Shown piece after piece: positions 25,622-35,493 of a stretch of DNA of 37,989 nucleotides. This DNA is from a virus (lineage: Duplodnaviria > Caudoviricetes). Numbering within the stretch: position 1 is the stretch's first letter; each line of letters begins with the position of its first letter. Location: positions 1 through 37,989 of IMG/VR virus record IMGVR_UViG_3300048849_000186; one strand, written 5' to 3'. Below the pieces are notes generated by a model. It saw only the letters and a list, made by a program, of their open reading frames with translations, did no database searches and had not been told where the DNA came from. The position numbers and the translations under genes were made by a program.

Positions 25622-25800
25622 ACGCCTGCGACCGGCAGATCCGCACCGTTGGCATGGGGCAGCCCTTCGCTCTCGACTTCAACGCCGTGATGGCCATGGG
25701 CACCGCGCTCGGCGCCGACATGGAGATGCTCGCCGACGTTCTGCCGGCGGCTGAGATCGCAATCATCGGCAACATGGTGCCCGACGAGGCGCCCGACTGA
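25453..25800 (+). CDS. Tail assembly chaperone -1 frameshift extension (gpT-like)
   Basis: The -1 frame after the heptamer reads 'KRLRRLSEWHWGGG..YC..C..CEECPY..VWDVLNACDRQIR..ALDFNAV' and ends 10 nt before the tape measure start. Confidence 0.8.
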   Translation, partial: KKRLRRLSEWHWGGGDRGERYCGLSCEAGTKGRCEECPYRAEAPQDEDAEIVWDVLNACDRQIRTVGMGQPFALDFNAVMAMGTALGADMEMLADVLPAAEIAIIGNMVPDEAPD

Positions 25801-25810
25801 GGAGGATGGA

Positions 25811-28630
25811 ATGCCGCGATCCGTAGCCATCCGCCTCGGGACCACCGGAAAGGCCCAAGTGAAGGCCGACTTCGTCGAGATCGGCGATACCGGTGACGCC
25901 ACTGCCAAACGCTGGTCGCGCTCATTCGATTCCGCCACCAAGGATGTCGAGGCGGCGCTGCAGCGTCAGTCGAACGCCGCAGCCAAGCTGTCGATGATCA
26001 CACCGCAGTCTGCAACGCAGATGCGGATCAACGACACGAACAGCACGGGCTATGGCCAGCATGAGGGGTCTGCTCGGCAGTCGGCCATGGCCTTCCGCGA
26101 GCTCATTGCTGCGCAGGAGCAGATGGAGAACCGCGCGAATGCGTTGCGCGCGGCGATCGATCCGGCGTTCGCCGCGCAGCAGCGCTTCGACCGCGAGATC
26201 GCAGAAGCTCGCACGCTCATTTCGACGGGCGCGATCACGCTCGACGAATATTCCAAGCGGCACGTGCAGCTACAGCAGCAGATGAACGTGTCGGCCAAGG
26301 GCCTGCACAACCAAGCCGAGGCGAGTGGCGCGGCGAAGGCCGGCTATCAGCAGCTGAATTTCCAGCTGAGCGACATCGCCACGCAGTTTTCGTCGGGTAC
26401 GCCCCCGATGCAGATCTTCGCGCAGCAGTCCGGCCAGCTGTTCCAAGCTCTCGGGCTGATCGCATCCGGCGGTGCCGCGGCGGGCAAAGGTGTCGAGGCG
26501 GCCGCGAGCGCGTCCGAGGATTCTGCGCCCGACATCGCTGGTTTCGGTGAACAGGTCACGGGCGTCGCTGAGAAGGCGGAGGGCTTGACCGGCAAGCTCG
26601 GTGCGGTCGCCGGCTTCATGACCGGCCCATGGGGCGCAGCGCTGCTCGTGGCGGTGTCTTTGCTCACGCCGTTCATCGCCAAGCTGTTCGAGAGCAATGA
26701 TGCCCTTGGGGACGCCGTCGAAAAGCTGAAAGCCGACGCGGAGGCGACCGATACGAACGCCCGGGCGAAGGCGGCATTCGCGGTCACGGTCGAGGGTGTC
26801 ACTGCCGCTATCCGAGAACAAGCGACGGCGTTCGACGAAACTGCCAAAGCGCAGCGCTCGTCGGCCGAGCGCGCCAACATTGAGGCGAAGCAGAACCTTG
26901 AGCGGATCGTTAGCATCCGGCAGGTGACCCTTGCGCTGATCGAGCAGGCCCAGGTCCTCGCCTCGAACGCCAAGGCGACGAACATATTCGCCGGCGGTCC
27001 CGGGGGCGCGCAGTCGCTGGTCGCCCAGCAGTATGCCGCAGAGGTCGGTCGCCTACAGTCTCAGGCGGAAGAGCAGAAGGCGGCAATCGTAACCGCCCAG
27101 CAGAATGTGCAGCGCAGCCGCCTTGATCTGGCAGCGGAGGGCGCACGCCGCGCTGCCGATCCGATGGCGCGGCTGAACAAGCTGTATGACGACCGGATCG
27201 CCAAAATCCGCCAGGAGGCGAACGAAGCTATCGCCAGCGGTCGCGCAGTCGGCGCCGCCACACAGCGCAAGATCGAGGCGATTGAAGGGGAGCGGAAAGC
27301 CGCTTTGAAGGCGGAGCAGGACCGCCAACAGGCTGCCTCAAAAACCTCACAGCAGAATCAGGTCGGCCGGAACGTGACTCTAGCGGAGGCGCGGGGCATT
27401 GCCGAAAGCATCGGCGGCCGCGTCACCAGCGGGGTGAGGTCGCGCGAAGAGCAGCAGCGCCTGTACGACCGCTACATGGCGTACAAGAACGGCGACGGTC
27501 CTTGGGCGGCGCTGGCAGCAAAGCCGGGTACGAGCAATCACGAGACCGGTCAGGCGCTCGACATCGCGAAGTCGGGCGGCGTCACGCTCGCGAAGCTGGT
27601 CGCAGCGTATCGTCAGGCAGGCGTCTCGTTGTCGGAAGCTCTGGACGAGGGCGACCACTACCATATCGCCTTCCGAAAGACCGGCGAGGCGGCGCGCGCG
27701 GCGGCACAGGATCGCAAGGAGGCCACGAAGCAAGCTCGCGACGACGCCCAGGCCGAGAAGGATCTCGCCAGCGACCTGAAGGAGGTTGTCAGCGCCTATG
27801 ATCCTGCCCGCGCTGCGGCTGAAGCGTACGCTGACACGCTGGCGAAGATCGACACCCTCGTCAGCGCGGGCCGACTGACGATCGATCAAGGCAACGGCAT
27901 ACGCATGGCCGCCTACCATGCCGAGGTTAAGCGCATGGCCGATGAGAGCTATGAGACCTTCAAGAAGCTGTTCGGAACCGATGATCCCATGGCCGACGCG
28001 GTTGAGGGTGCTCGGCGCAACATCAGCAATCGTGTCGATCAGATGGCGGAGCAGGATGCAGCGAAGGTCGGCGTGGTCACCACCGCCCTCGACGAGCTCC
28101 GCGCCTACGGCGGCGACTTCGTCAGCACCGTCCTTGGCGAGGATACGTGGTCCAGCTGGGGGAACGCCGGCAAGACGATCCTGAACAGCCTCAAGAACGA
28201 GTTCATCACCCTCGCACTGCTCAACCCGCTGAAGAACCTCATCAACGGTGACAAGGCGCTGCCGACCCTGTCCTCGGCGATCGGTAATATCGGGAAGCTG
28301 TTCAAGCCGGGCACGAACGCGGCTGGCACCGAATATTGGTCGGGCGGCATGTCGCTGGTCGGCGAGAATGGGCCGGAGATCGTCAGCATGCCTCGCGGCT
28401 CGCGCGTCACCACGGCGCAGGAGACGCGGCAGCTGTTCGCAAACGACAACCGCGCGGGGGGGAACAGCGTGACGATCTACGCCAACGATGCCGTTCTCGC
28501 TGACACCGTCCGCGGCTGGGTAACCGACGGCATGAGCGTGGCAGCGACGCAGGGCGCAGCCGGCGGCGCGGCGATGAGTCAGGCGGAGGGCACCCGCACC
28601 GCGGCGCGGCGGCTCGGGCGCTTCCGTTGA
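25811..28630 (+). CDS. Tail tape measure protein with internal M15-type peptidase domain
   Basis: Ala/Gln-rich helical protein with 'QLNFQLSDIATQFSSG..QQSGQL', 'TSGVRS..KPGTSNHETGQALDI..HYHI' and 'LVGENGPE'. Confidence 0.92.
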   Translation: MPRSVAIRLGTTGKAQVKADFVEIGDTGDATAKRWSRSFDSATKDVEAALQRQSNAAAKLSMITPQSATQMRINDTNSTGYGQHEGSARQSAMAFRELIAAQEQMENRANALRAAIDPAFAAQQRFDREIAEARTLISTGAITLDEYSKRHVQLQQQMNVSAKGLHNQAEASGAAKAGYQQLNFQLSDIATQFSSGTPPMQIFAQQSGQLFQALGLIASGGAAAGKGVEAAASASEDSAPDIAGFGEQVTGVAEKAEGLTGKLGAVAGFMTGPWGAALLVAVSLLTPFIAKLFESNDALGDAVEKLKADAEATDTNARAKAAFAVTVEGVTAAIREQATAFDETAKAQRSSAERANIEAKQNLERIVSIRQVTLALIEQAQVLASNAKATNIFAGGPGGAQSLVAQQYAAEVGRLQSQAEEQKAAIVTAQQNVQRSRLDLAAEGARRAADPMARLNKLYDDRIAKIRQEANEAIASGRAVGAATQRKIEAIEGERKAALKAEQDRQQAASKTSQQNQVGRNVTLAEARGIAESIGGRVTSGVRSREEQQRLYDRYMAYKNGDGPWAALAAKPGTSNHETGQALDIAKSGGVTLAKLVAAYRQAGVSLSEALDEGDHYHIAFRKTGEAARAAAQDRKEATKQARDDAQAEKDLASDLKEVVSAYDPARAAAEAYADTLAKIDTLVSAGRLTIDQGNGIRMAAYHAEVKRMADESYETFKKLFGTDDPMADAVEGARRNISNRVDQMAEQDAAKVGVVTTALDELRAYGGDFVSTVLGEDTWSSWGNAGKTILNSLKNEFITLALLNPLKNLINGDKALPTLSSAIGNIGKLFKPGTNAAGTEYWSGGMSLVGENGPEIVSMPRGSRVTTAQETRQLFANDNRAGGNSVTIYANDAVLADTVRGWVTDGMSVAATQGAAGGAAMSQAEGTRTAARRLGRFR

Positions 28631-29217
28631 GCGTGTTCATCCCGTGGACCCGGATCGCAGACCTGACGATCCGGCCCCGGCTGTTCTCGTCCAATCAGGA
28701 GGGTGTGCTCGGCGGCGAGGATCTGCAAATCTCGCGGATAGGCGATCGCTTTGCCGTCGACGTCAGCACGACGCAGCTGCGGCAGGACGCCGAAAGCCGC
28801 GACCTGATCGGCTTGCTGATGGAGGCGACGACCGCGGATGCGCGGTTGCAGCTTCGCCTGCCGAACGCGCCGCGGCCGATCGGCAGCGGAATTGTCGCCA
28901 ACGGCGACGGGCAGACGGGATCGACTATCAACCTTCGCGGTGCCAATCGGCAGACTGAGTTCGTGCGGCGCTTCTTCAGCATCGTTCACGGGGGCGTCCA
29001 CTACGTCCACATGGTCCGCGGTCGTGCGATGGCGGGAGCAGACGGCAAGGTCGCGCTGCCGATCTGGCCGATGCTCCGCTTCGTCACCACGGACGGTGAT
29101 GTCTGTCACTTCGATGACCCGATGATCGAGGGGCAACTTGTCGGCTTCGACAAAGGGGCCGGGTTCGAGCGCAACCGCACCAAGCCGCTGTCCTTCTCCA
29201 TCCAGGAGCGGAAATGA
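28627..29217 (+). CDS. Distal tail protein (putative)
   Basis: TTGA-coupled to the tape measure gene; position; 'ISRIGDRFAVDV..IWPMLR..PMIEG..FSIQE'. Confidence 0.7.
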   Translation: MSVFIPWTRIADLTIRPRLFSSNQEGVLGGEDLQISRIGDRFAVDVSTTQLRQDAESRDLIGLLMEATTADARLQLRLPNAPRPIGSGIVANGDGQTGSTINLRGANRQTEFVRRFFSIVHGGVHYVHMVRGRAMAGADGKVALPIWPMLRFVTTDGDVCHFDDPMIEGQLVGFDKGAGFERNRTKPLSFSIQERK

Positions 29218-29858
29218 CCTTCCGCCTTACGCCCCAGGCCTCAGCCGCGCTGCGCTCGGGACAGCACCCGCTTGCCCCGCTCGTCGAGGTGGTCCTTCCC
29301 GGGTACACCATGCGCCACCTGGTCGGCGCCGGCGAGGTGCCGTGGGGCGACAAGCTCTTCACTGGCAGCGACGATATGTTCGGCTCGCTGGTCGCCGCGG
29401 GCACGCTCAAGGACGGCGTCGGCGATGAGGCGCCGGACTGGGACCTGACGTTCGTGCCGCCCAGCAGCGTCGCCGCGGCCGCGCTCGCCTCCGCAACCGC
29501 CCAGGGCGGCAAGGTGCGCGGCTGGCTGGCGGTCGTCGATCGGGCGACCGGGCAGATCATCCCCGATCCGCTGCAGCTATTCGCCGGCGAGCTCGACGTC
29601 CCGCGGCTGCGGGTCGGCAGGGGCACCAGGTCGGTCGAATGGCGCTGCACCTCCGCGCTCGAGCCGTTCCACGATCAGGAGATCGGCGCGCGCCTGTCTG
29701 ACGCCTGGCACAAGCTGGTGTGGCCGGGAGAAGCCGGACTGGCCAACATGACCGGGATCGAGCGCACCAGCTATTGGGGCGTGGAGAAGCCGCCGTCGGC
29801 GGTGTCGGTGATCAGCGGCAGCACGCGCGCGAGCTTCCTGGGAGCGATGGGGCTATGA
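29214..29858 (+). CDS. Tail tip / hub protein (putative)
   Basis: ATGA-coupled; position; ends 'HKLVWPGE..YWG'. Confidence 0.7.
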   Translation: MTFRLTPQASAALRSGQHPLAPLVEVVLPGYTMRHLVGAGEVPWGDKLFTGSDDMFGSLVAAGTLKDGVGDEAPDWDLTFVPPSSVAAAALASATAQGGKVRGWLAVVDRATGQIIPDPLQLFAGELDVPRLRVGRGTRSVEWRCTSALEPFHDQEIGARLSDAWHKLVWPGEAGLANMTGIERTSYWGVEKPPSAVSVISGSTRASFLGAMGL

Positions 29859-30274
29859 TCGAGATGATCCGGCGGCAGCAGGCCGCGCAGGCGGCGGTCG
29901 ACCGCTTCAAGGGGCAACCGTGGCAGCTGGGGAAGAACGACTGCGTCCGCATAGCTGCCTTCGTGCTCCGCAAAATGGGCCATCGGCCTCAGCTCGGGAA
30001 GGCCGGCAGCTACACGACCGGCGTCGGCGCCATGTTGGCGCTGAAGAGGGCGGGCCACGACAGCCTAGCCGACGCGCTTGACGCGCTGGGGTTGGAGCGC
30101 ATCGCACCGGCCGCTGCGCGCGTAGCTGACATCGTGATGATCCCGGGCGAGGCGCCCTTCGACGGCGCGCTGACGGTGGCCGTCGGCAATGGCCGGGTGC
30201 TTGGGTTCCACGAAGATGCTGGCAGCGCCGAGGTGATGCAGCCGGTCAAGTTTATCGCGGCATGGAGGGTGTGA
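29855..30274 (+). CDS. NlpC/P60-like tail tip protein (DUF6950-like)
   Basis: 'FKGQPWQLGKNDCVRIAAF..ARVADIV..AAWRV'. Confidence 0.8.
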   Translation: MIEMIRRQQAAQAAVDRFKGQPWQLGKNDCVRIAAFVLRKMGHRPQLGKAGSYTTGVGAMLALKRAGHDSLADALDALGLERIAPAAARVADIVMIPGEAPFDGALTVAVGNGRVLGFHEDAGSAEVMQPVKFIAAWRV

Positions 30275-30278
30275 CCGG

Positions 30279-32564
30279 ATGAAAGCGCTTCGCACGGCTG
30301 CTTTCGTAGTCGGCGCTGTAGCTCTGGCATCAACCGGCGTCGGCGCGGCCGTCAGCGCCGGCCTGCTGGGCTCGGTTGCTGCTGGCGCCTCAGCCGCGAC
30401 ATTCCTCGGTGTATCAGCGGCAACCTTCGCTGCTGTCGGTGCGATTGCGGGAGCAGTAGGTGCCGGACTGTCGCTTGTCTCGGCAATCGCAGCCCCGAAA
30501 GGCAGCGTCGGCGGCAGCGCCACGCAGTTCAAGATCGATAAGGACGCCGGGATGCCGGTCGCGATCGGGCGAACGTACAGCGGCGGCAACGTGGTCCACC
30601 GCCAGTATTACGGCTCCAAGAACAGCCTCGAATCTTGGGTGACCGTCCACAGCATCGGCCCGGTCCGCAGCCTTGGCCCATTGCTGATCAACAAGGTGGC
30701 GACCAGCCTCAACGGCACGGCGGTCGGAGGCAGCTACGCCGGGTATATGTGGCTCGACCAGCAGCTTGGCGCCTGCCCGGAGACGCGCGCAATGGCGGGT
30801 CCACAGGGCGCGTTCGCCGGCTGGGGTTCGACAAGCCTCCTATCGGGGCTGGCCGCCGACCTCTGGACGCTGAAGTTCGACGACAAGGGCAAGGTCTATC
30901 CGAATGGCGTGCCGCAGCGCGGCCGCATCGTCGAAGGCGTCTACGTCTACGATCCTCGGCTCGATAGCACCTATGTCGGCGGCGGGTCTGGCGCGTGCCG
31001 GCTCGGGCAGGAGGCGACCTATGTCTGGTCGGAGAACCCTGCCCTGCATGCGATCACCTGGGCGTTCGGCCGCTATCAGAACGGCGTGCTGATCGCCGGC
31101 GGCGGGATCGACGCCGCTGGCATCGATATGGCTCCCTTCGTCGATTGGGCGAACGTCTGCGACGCGAACAACTGGACGGTCGGCGGCATCGTCTACACCA
31201 CCAGCGACAACAGCTGGGACATCCTGAAGATGATCGCCCAGGCTGGCGGCGGCGAAGTGTTTCCGGTGGGGGCGCAGCTGTCGTGCAGCTTCAACGCCCC
31301 GCGGGTGTCGATCGGCACGATCACCACGAACGATATCACCGGCGACGTTGACGTGCCCGGCACCGCCTCACGCCGCCAGCGCCGAAACACGGTCATTGCC
31401 CGCGTCCGCCTAGAGAGCCACGGCTGGGAAGAGGTGCCGCTCGATGCCATCGCTATCCCGGACTATGTCACGGCAGATGGCGGTAGCCGCCCGACTGAGG
31501 TAACTTTCCCACTGGTGCAGCAGGTCGACCAGGGGGCGCAGCTTGGGTTGTACGCGGTCTTCAACGGTCGCGAACTCGACGGCATCGTCCTGCCGAGCAA
31601 GGTCTATGCGATCGGCTACCGCCCCGGCGACTGCCTGACCGTCAACATTCCAGACGCGGCCCTCGCGCGCGATGTCGTTGTCCGCAATCGCGAGATCGAG
31701 GGCAGCAACATGACGGTCACCCTGACCTGTCGCTCCGAGACCTTCGCGAAACATGCCTTCTGCCTGGGCAAGACGGGCACCGCTCCGCCGACGCCCGATC
31801 TATCCGTGCCCCCCAGCTACCCGATCGAGAACACGTCGTCGCTGCAGCTAGCGATCGCCACGTCGTTCCCGATAGGCCTGACGATCACCGCGGCAGCGGA
31901 TGGGGCCATCACAATCAGCAACCATGTTCGCCGTTATACGGACGGGCACGCGGACGTGAACGTCACCGGCACGACCATCGCAAGCGGCCTCGCTGCCGGC
32001 GACTTCCGCGCGATCGGGTACGACGATATCGACCGGGTCGGCGGCGCGGTCACCTACGTACTCGACCCTGACGACATCAACGCCCGCGCGTCGCCTGCTC
32101 ACCCCGGCCGTCATTACATCGGTTACGCGATCATCCCGACCGCCGGCTCGCCGCCCTCAAGCGGTGGTGGCGCGACGCCGCCAGGCGGGCGCTGCCCAAC
32201 GACCGATACGCCGATCCTGATGGCGGACATGACCGACAAGCCTGCAGGCGAGATCGTCGTCGGCGATCGGGTGTGGACCCGGCACGAGGAAACGCTGCGC
32301 TGGGGCTTCTACCCTGTCGAGGCGGTCGAGATCGCCGACAGCGACGACGTCTGGAAGGCGACGATCGACGGCAAGGTACTCCGCGCAACCGGCGATCACC
32401 GGGTCTACGTCGGCCAGTGGGTGATGATCCGCGACCTGCCGGGCGCGGCAAAGGTCTCCGGCACGCTGGCGATCGTCAAGATCACCGTTACCGGCGCTCA
32501 CACCTACGTCACGAATGGCATCCTGAGCCACAACATCAAGATGGATCAGCCGAACCTCGAATGA
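30279..32564 (+). CDS. Central tail / host-specificity protein with C-terminal Hint domain
   Basis: 'MPVAIGRT..VYDPRLDST..WSENPALH..WANVCD' tail-tip core. Hint motifs at aa 639-752: C1, TGDH, HTYVTNGILSHN. Confidence 0.88.
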   Translation: MKALRTAAFVVGAVALASTGVGAAVSAGLLGSVAAGASAATFLGVSAATFAAVGAIAGAVGAGLSLVSAIAAPKGSVGGSATQFKIDKDAGMPVAIGRTYSGGNVVHRQYYGSKNSLESWVTVHSIGPVRSLGPLLINKVATSLNGTAVGGSYAGYMWLDQQLGACPETRAMAGPQGAFAGWGSTSLLSGLAADLWTLKFDDKGKVYPNGVPQRGRIVEGVYVYDPRLDSTYVGGGSGACRLGQEATYVWSENPALHAITWAFGRYQNGVLIAGGGIDAAGIDMAPFVDWANVCDANNWTVGGIVYTTSDNSWDILKMIAQAGGGEVFPVGAQLSCSFNAPRVSIGTITTNDITGDVDVPGTASRRQRRNTVIARVRLESHGWEEVPLDAIAIPDYVTADGGSRPTEVTFPLVQQVDQGAQLGLYAVFNGRELDGIVLPSKVYAIGYRPGDCLTVNIPDAALARDVVVRNREIEGSNMTVTLTCRSETFAKHAFCLGKTGTAPPTPDLSVPPSYPIENTSSLQLAIATSFPIGLTITAAADGAITISNHVRRYTDGHADVNVTGTTIASGLAAGDFRAIGYDDIDRVGGAVTYVLDPDDINARASPAHPGRHYIGYAIIPTAGSPPSSGGGATPPGGRCPTTDTPILMADMTDKPAGEIVVGDRVWTRHEETLRWGFYPVEAVEIADSDDVWKATIDGKVLRATGDHRVYVGQWVMIRDLPGAAKVSGTLAIVKITVTGAHTYVTNGILSHNIKMDQPNLE

Positions 32565-32625
32565 TCGTTTGCCGACATCAGCCGCAAGCTGCTGTCCCTC
32601 AACACCTGACCCCTCGGAGATCTTA

Positions 32626-35478
32626 ATGGCAACTGCAGCCTGTCTGCCGATCGCGGCAGACCGAGTGGGCCCATGCGTCCGCAACATCTTCTTCGAAGGC
32701 CTGGACCTGACGGGCGTCCCGCTCGAGCTTGAAGCGCGGTTGCGGCCGGAGACGCCCGGCGCTGCGGCGATCGCGCTCGGCATTGGTGCAACGGCCAACG
32801 CTGAAGGGCTGCGGCTGGCCGGCGTCACCTTCTCGAACGGCGTTCCGACCAGCCAGGTCATCCTGCGGATCAATGAGACGACAATGGAGGACGCCGCCAA
32901 GGTGCCCTACGTGGGCGAGCTCGGCGACGCCTCGACGCTCTTCTACGATCTGATCGGGATATTCGGGCAGGACAAGCGCCGCCTCTGTTACGGCACCCTG
33001 ACGGCGCTGCCGACGACCTACGGCATGGACGCCGCACCGACCGGCCGTTCCGATGGCACTGGGGCGGCCTATGCTTCAGGATCGACCTGGACCAGTGCGA
33101 CCCTGACCTTCGGCAATGACGACGTCCGCGTCCATATCGACGCAGCCGACCTCATCCTCCCGGCCGTCGCGCGGGCTGAAGCTGCCGCGGCGCAGTCATC
33201 TGCCCTCGGCCCGAATGCTCTACTTCGCACCGGCGTCCCCGTGGCTGCCCTGCCGGTTCAAGAGATCGGGTCCACCGCGCCGACCAGCGGCAACGGCCTG
33301 CCGAAGAGCTTCGCCTACGGCCTGAACATCCCTGCACCGCAGGCGGGGCAGGTCACCCAAGTGTCCATCCGACGCAACGGGCCGATGACCGGCAAACTCG
33401 TCTTCACCGATGCTAACGGCAAAGCCCGCTGCGAGGCGCCCTTCGCTGTCGTCGACGCCGGGGATGGCCCATCGACGGTCGTTCTCGCGACGCCGCTTGC
33501 CGTCGAGCAAGGCGATTTCGCGCACGTTATCACGCTGACGGGTAACCACCCCTTCTACCAGGTGAATGGAGGCGGCCGTGCCTTCCCGGTCTCCGAATAT
33601 GCGGGACCGGGCGACGTGGTGCCTTACACCATGGTCGATCAGACGCTCGCGCTCTCCTACACCTTGAACATGGTGGGTCGGTCGCTGGCGCGCCGGATCG
33701 GCGACATCGAACCGCAGATCGCGCAGGACGGCACCCCCGTGACGCGCGACGCTATCTATTCGACCAACTTCTTCGATCCGGGTGGCGGCTTCACCGGCTG
33801 GGGTATCCGGCAGGACGCAGGCTATGACCTTCCGGTCGGGATGCAGGTCGACCGAATCGAGCTTCCGGCAATCCCGGCCGACGTGGCGGCCTACCTTGGC
33901 TGGCGGATCGTCCGTCGCCCGCTGTCCTCAGACGACATCAACTCGGCAGCGCCGTCCGCCACGGACGAGGTTCTGCGCAGCGGCATCTCTCCACTCGCCG
34001 ACGTGGGCTTGGCTGCCAACACCCGCGGGCGCGCCATCATCCGCATCGGTGAGGTGATCGCGATCGAGGCGGGCTATGCCTACTACGTGTTCGTCAGCGC
34101 CTTCACCGCGGCGCGCAACCTCACGGCGATGGGCGTCACCTCGATGCCGTCTACCGAGACGGAGCCGCAGCGGCGCGGCATATATGCGCAAGGCGTCACC
34201 GGGTATCAGCCGACCACCACGATCGGGGCCGGGTCGAAGCTCGGCATCCGGTTGCGCGGACGGGTGGCGGCTCTCGCCGCAACCTACGACTGGCGGGTCG
34301 CTGAAGCCTCTGCGGTGACGAGCGGGCGGGCGGTGACGGTGCGAGGCGTGCTCGCGCGCAGCGGCATGATGCTGCCGTTCACGGCGACGAAAACGCTCGA
34401 TGCCGCAGCGACCTATACCCGCTACGACGTGCTTGCGCTCAACATTGAGGACCTGACGATCAGCGTCCTGAAGGGCGCGGAGGCGCAGTACGACGCCGGC
34501 GAGCGCATCCCCTCGGTGACGGATGGGCGCATGGTCGCGCTCTTCAACTGCCGCACCACGCCGGTTGCCGCCACGCCGATCGCAGTTTGGGCGATCGAGG
34601 ACGGGGTGCATCGCGACATCGCGACGCAAATCGAGACGGATCGACGTCAGTTTCGTCGGGCAATCCCGAAGGCGCGGGCGGCGATCGCTGCAGGTAAGCC
34701 GCTTCGCTTCATGTCACTGGGCGATTCGATCGGCGCTCTGGATGGCCCCGTCGGTGGGGCGCAGAGCGCGACCGCACCGAATGGCGCCAATCGGGATCGA
34801 GCCCGGCGCTACCTGACCGACGAGGGCGGAACGAGCCCCATCCACATGTCGACCGATCTGGCGAACGGGCTGCCGGTCTATACCGCGGTCCAGATCGGGC
34901 GGGCGGATGACGGCGCAGGCGCGGTCCACACCAAGTTCGGCGCAATCTGGGAGATGGTGAAGGCTATCGAGGCGCGCGGCCTGCACACGCTGGGCACCAA
35001 CCTCTGGTACGACAACTTCTGCATCGGCGGGAAGTCGAGCAACGATCTGTGGTCGAATGGCGCCCCGACCGCATGGCTCAACGCTGCCGTGGCATACGCT
35101 CAGGCAAACAGCGTCACCGCCGTGCTGGTGCACATGGCGATGAACGACACGACGGCTTCCGTCCCGACCCGCACGAACATGGTCGGCATCATCAGGACGT
35201 TCCGGGCGATCGGCGTCGAGGTGATCGTCCAAGGAGCATGGCGGGCGCGGAACGTCGGTATCGCGGCCAACTGGGAGAACGTCTCCAACCAGGTGCGCGA
35301 GGCGGCGATCGAGGCCGGAGCAGCACTCAACAGCCTCCGACCCATCCTGCTTGACCCGTACATCGGCGCCGTCGGCATCAGCCCCGAGGATCTTACCCCT
35401 TCGAACGGCGAGAACCACCCCGGCATTGCGGAGCATGCCGCGGCCGGGCGCCTCCTCGCTCGCCTCGTCGTCGAATAA
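32626..35478 (+). CDS. Tail fibre/spike with C-terminal SGNH/GDSL hydrolase domain
   Basis: GGAG RBS before ATG 32626. Beta-rich middle. SGNH blocks 'SLGDSI', 'IGGKSS', 'AMND', 'ENHP'. Confidence 0.8.
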   Translation: MATAACLPIAADRVGPCVRNIFFEGLDLTGVPLELEARLRPETPGAAAIALGIGATANAEGLRLAGVTFSNGVPTSQVILRINETTMEDAAKVPYVGELGDASTLFYDLIGIFGQDKRRLCYGTLTALPTTYGMDAAPTGRSDGTGAAYASGSTWTSATLTFGNDDVRVHIDAADLILPAVARAEAAAAQSSALGPNALLRTGVPVAALPVQEIGSTAPTSGNGLPKSFAYGLNIPAPQAGQVTQVSIRRNGPMTGKLVFTDANGKARCEAPFAVVDAGDGPSTVVLATPLAVEQGDFAHVITLTGNHPFYQVNGGGRAFPVSEYAGPGDVVPYTMVDQTLALSYTLNMVGRSLARRIGDIEPQIAQDGTPVTRDAIYSTNFFDPGGGFTGWGIRQDAGYDLPVGMQVDRIELPAIPADVAAYLGWRIVRRPLSSDDINSAAPSATDEVLRSGISPLADVGLAANTRGRAIIRIGEVIAIEAGYAYYVFVSAFTAARNLTAMGVTSMPSTETEPQRRGIYAQGVTGYQPTTTIGAGSKLGIRLRGRVAALAATYDWRVAEASAVTSGRAVTVRGVLARSGMMLPFTATKTLDAAATYTRYDVLALNIEDLTISVLKGAEAQYDAGERIPSVTDGRMVALFNCRTTPVAATPIAVWAIEDGVHRDIATQIETDRRQFRRAIPKARAAIAAGKPLRFMSLGDSIGALDGPVGGAQSATAPNGANRDRARRYLTDEGGTSPIHMSTDLANGLPVYTAVQIGRADDGAGAVHTKFGAIWEMVKAIEARGLHTLGTNLWYDNFCIGGKSSNDLWSNGAPTAWLNAAVAYAQANSVTAVLVHMAMNDTTASVPTRTNMVGIIRTFRAIGVEVIVQGAWRARNVGIAANWENVSNQVREAAIEAGAALNSLRPILLDPYIGAVGISPEDLTPSNGENHPGIAEHAAAGRLLARLVVE

Positions 35479-35493
35479 CCGGAGCATCAGCGG

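Noticed and set aside
32193-32534. Canonical splicing intein or mobile homing element
   Set aside because: No endonuclease domain, +1 residue is Ile, and the C-extein is only 9 aa. Treated as an intein-like Hint domain instead.
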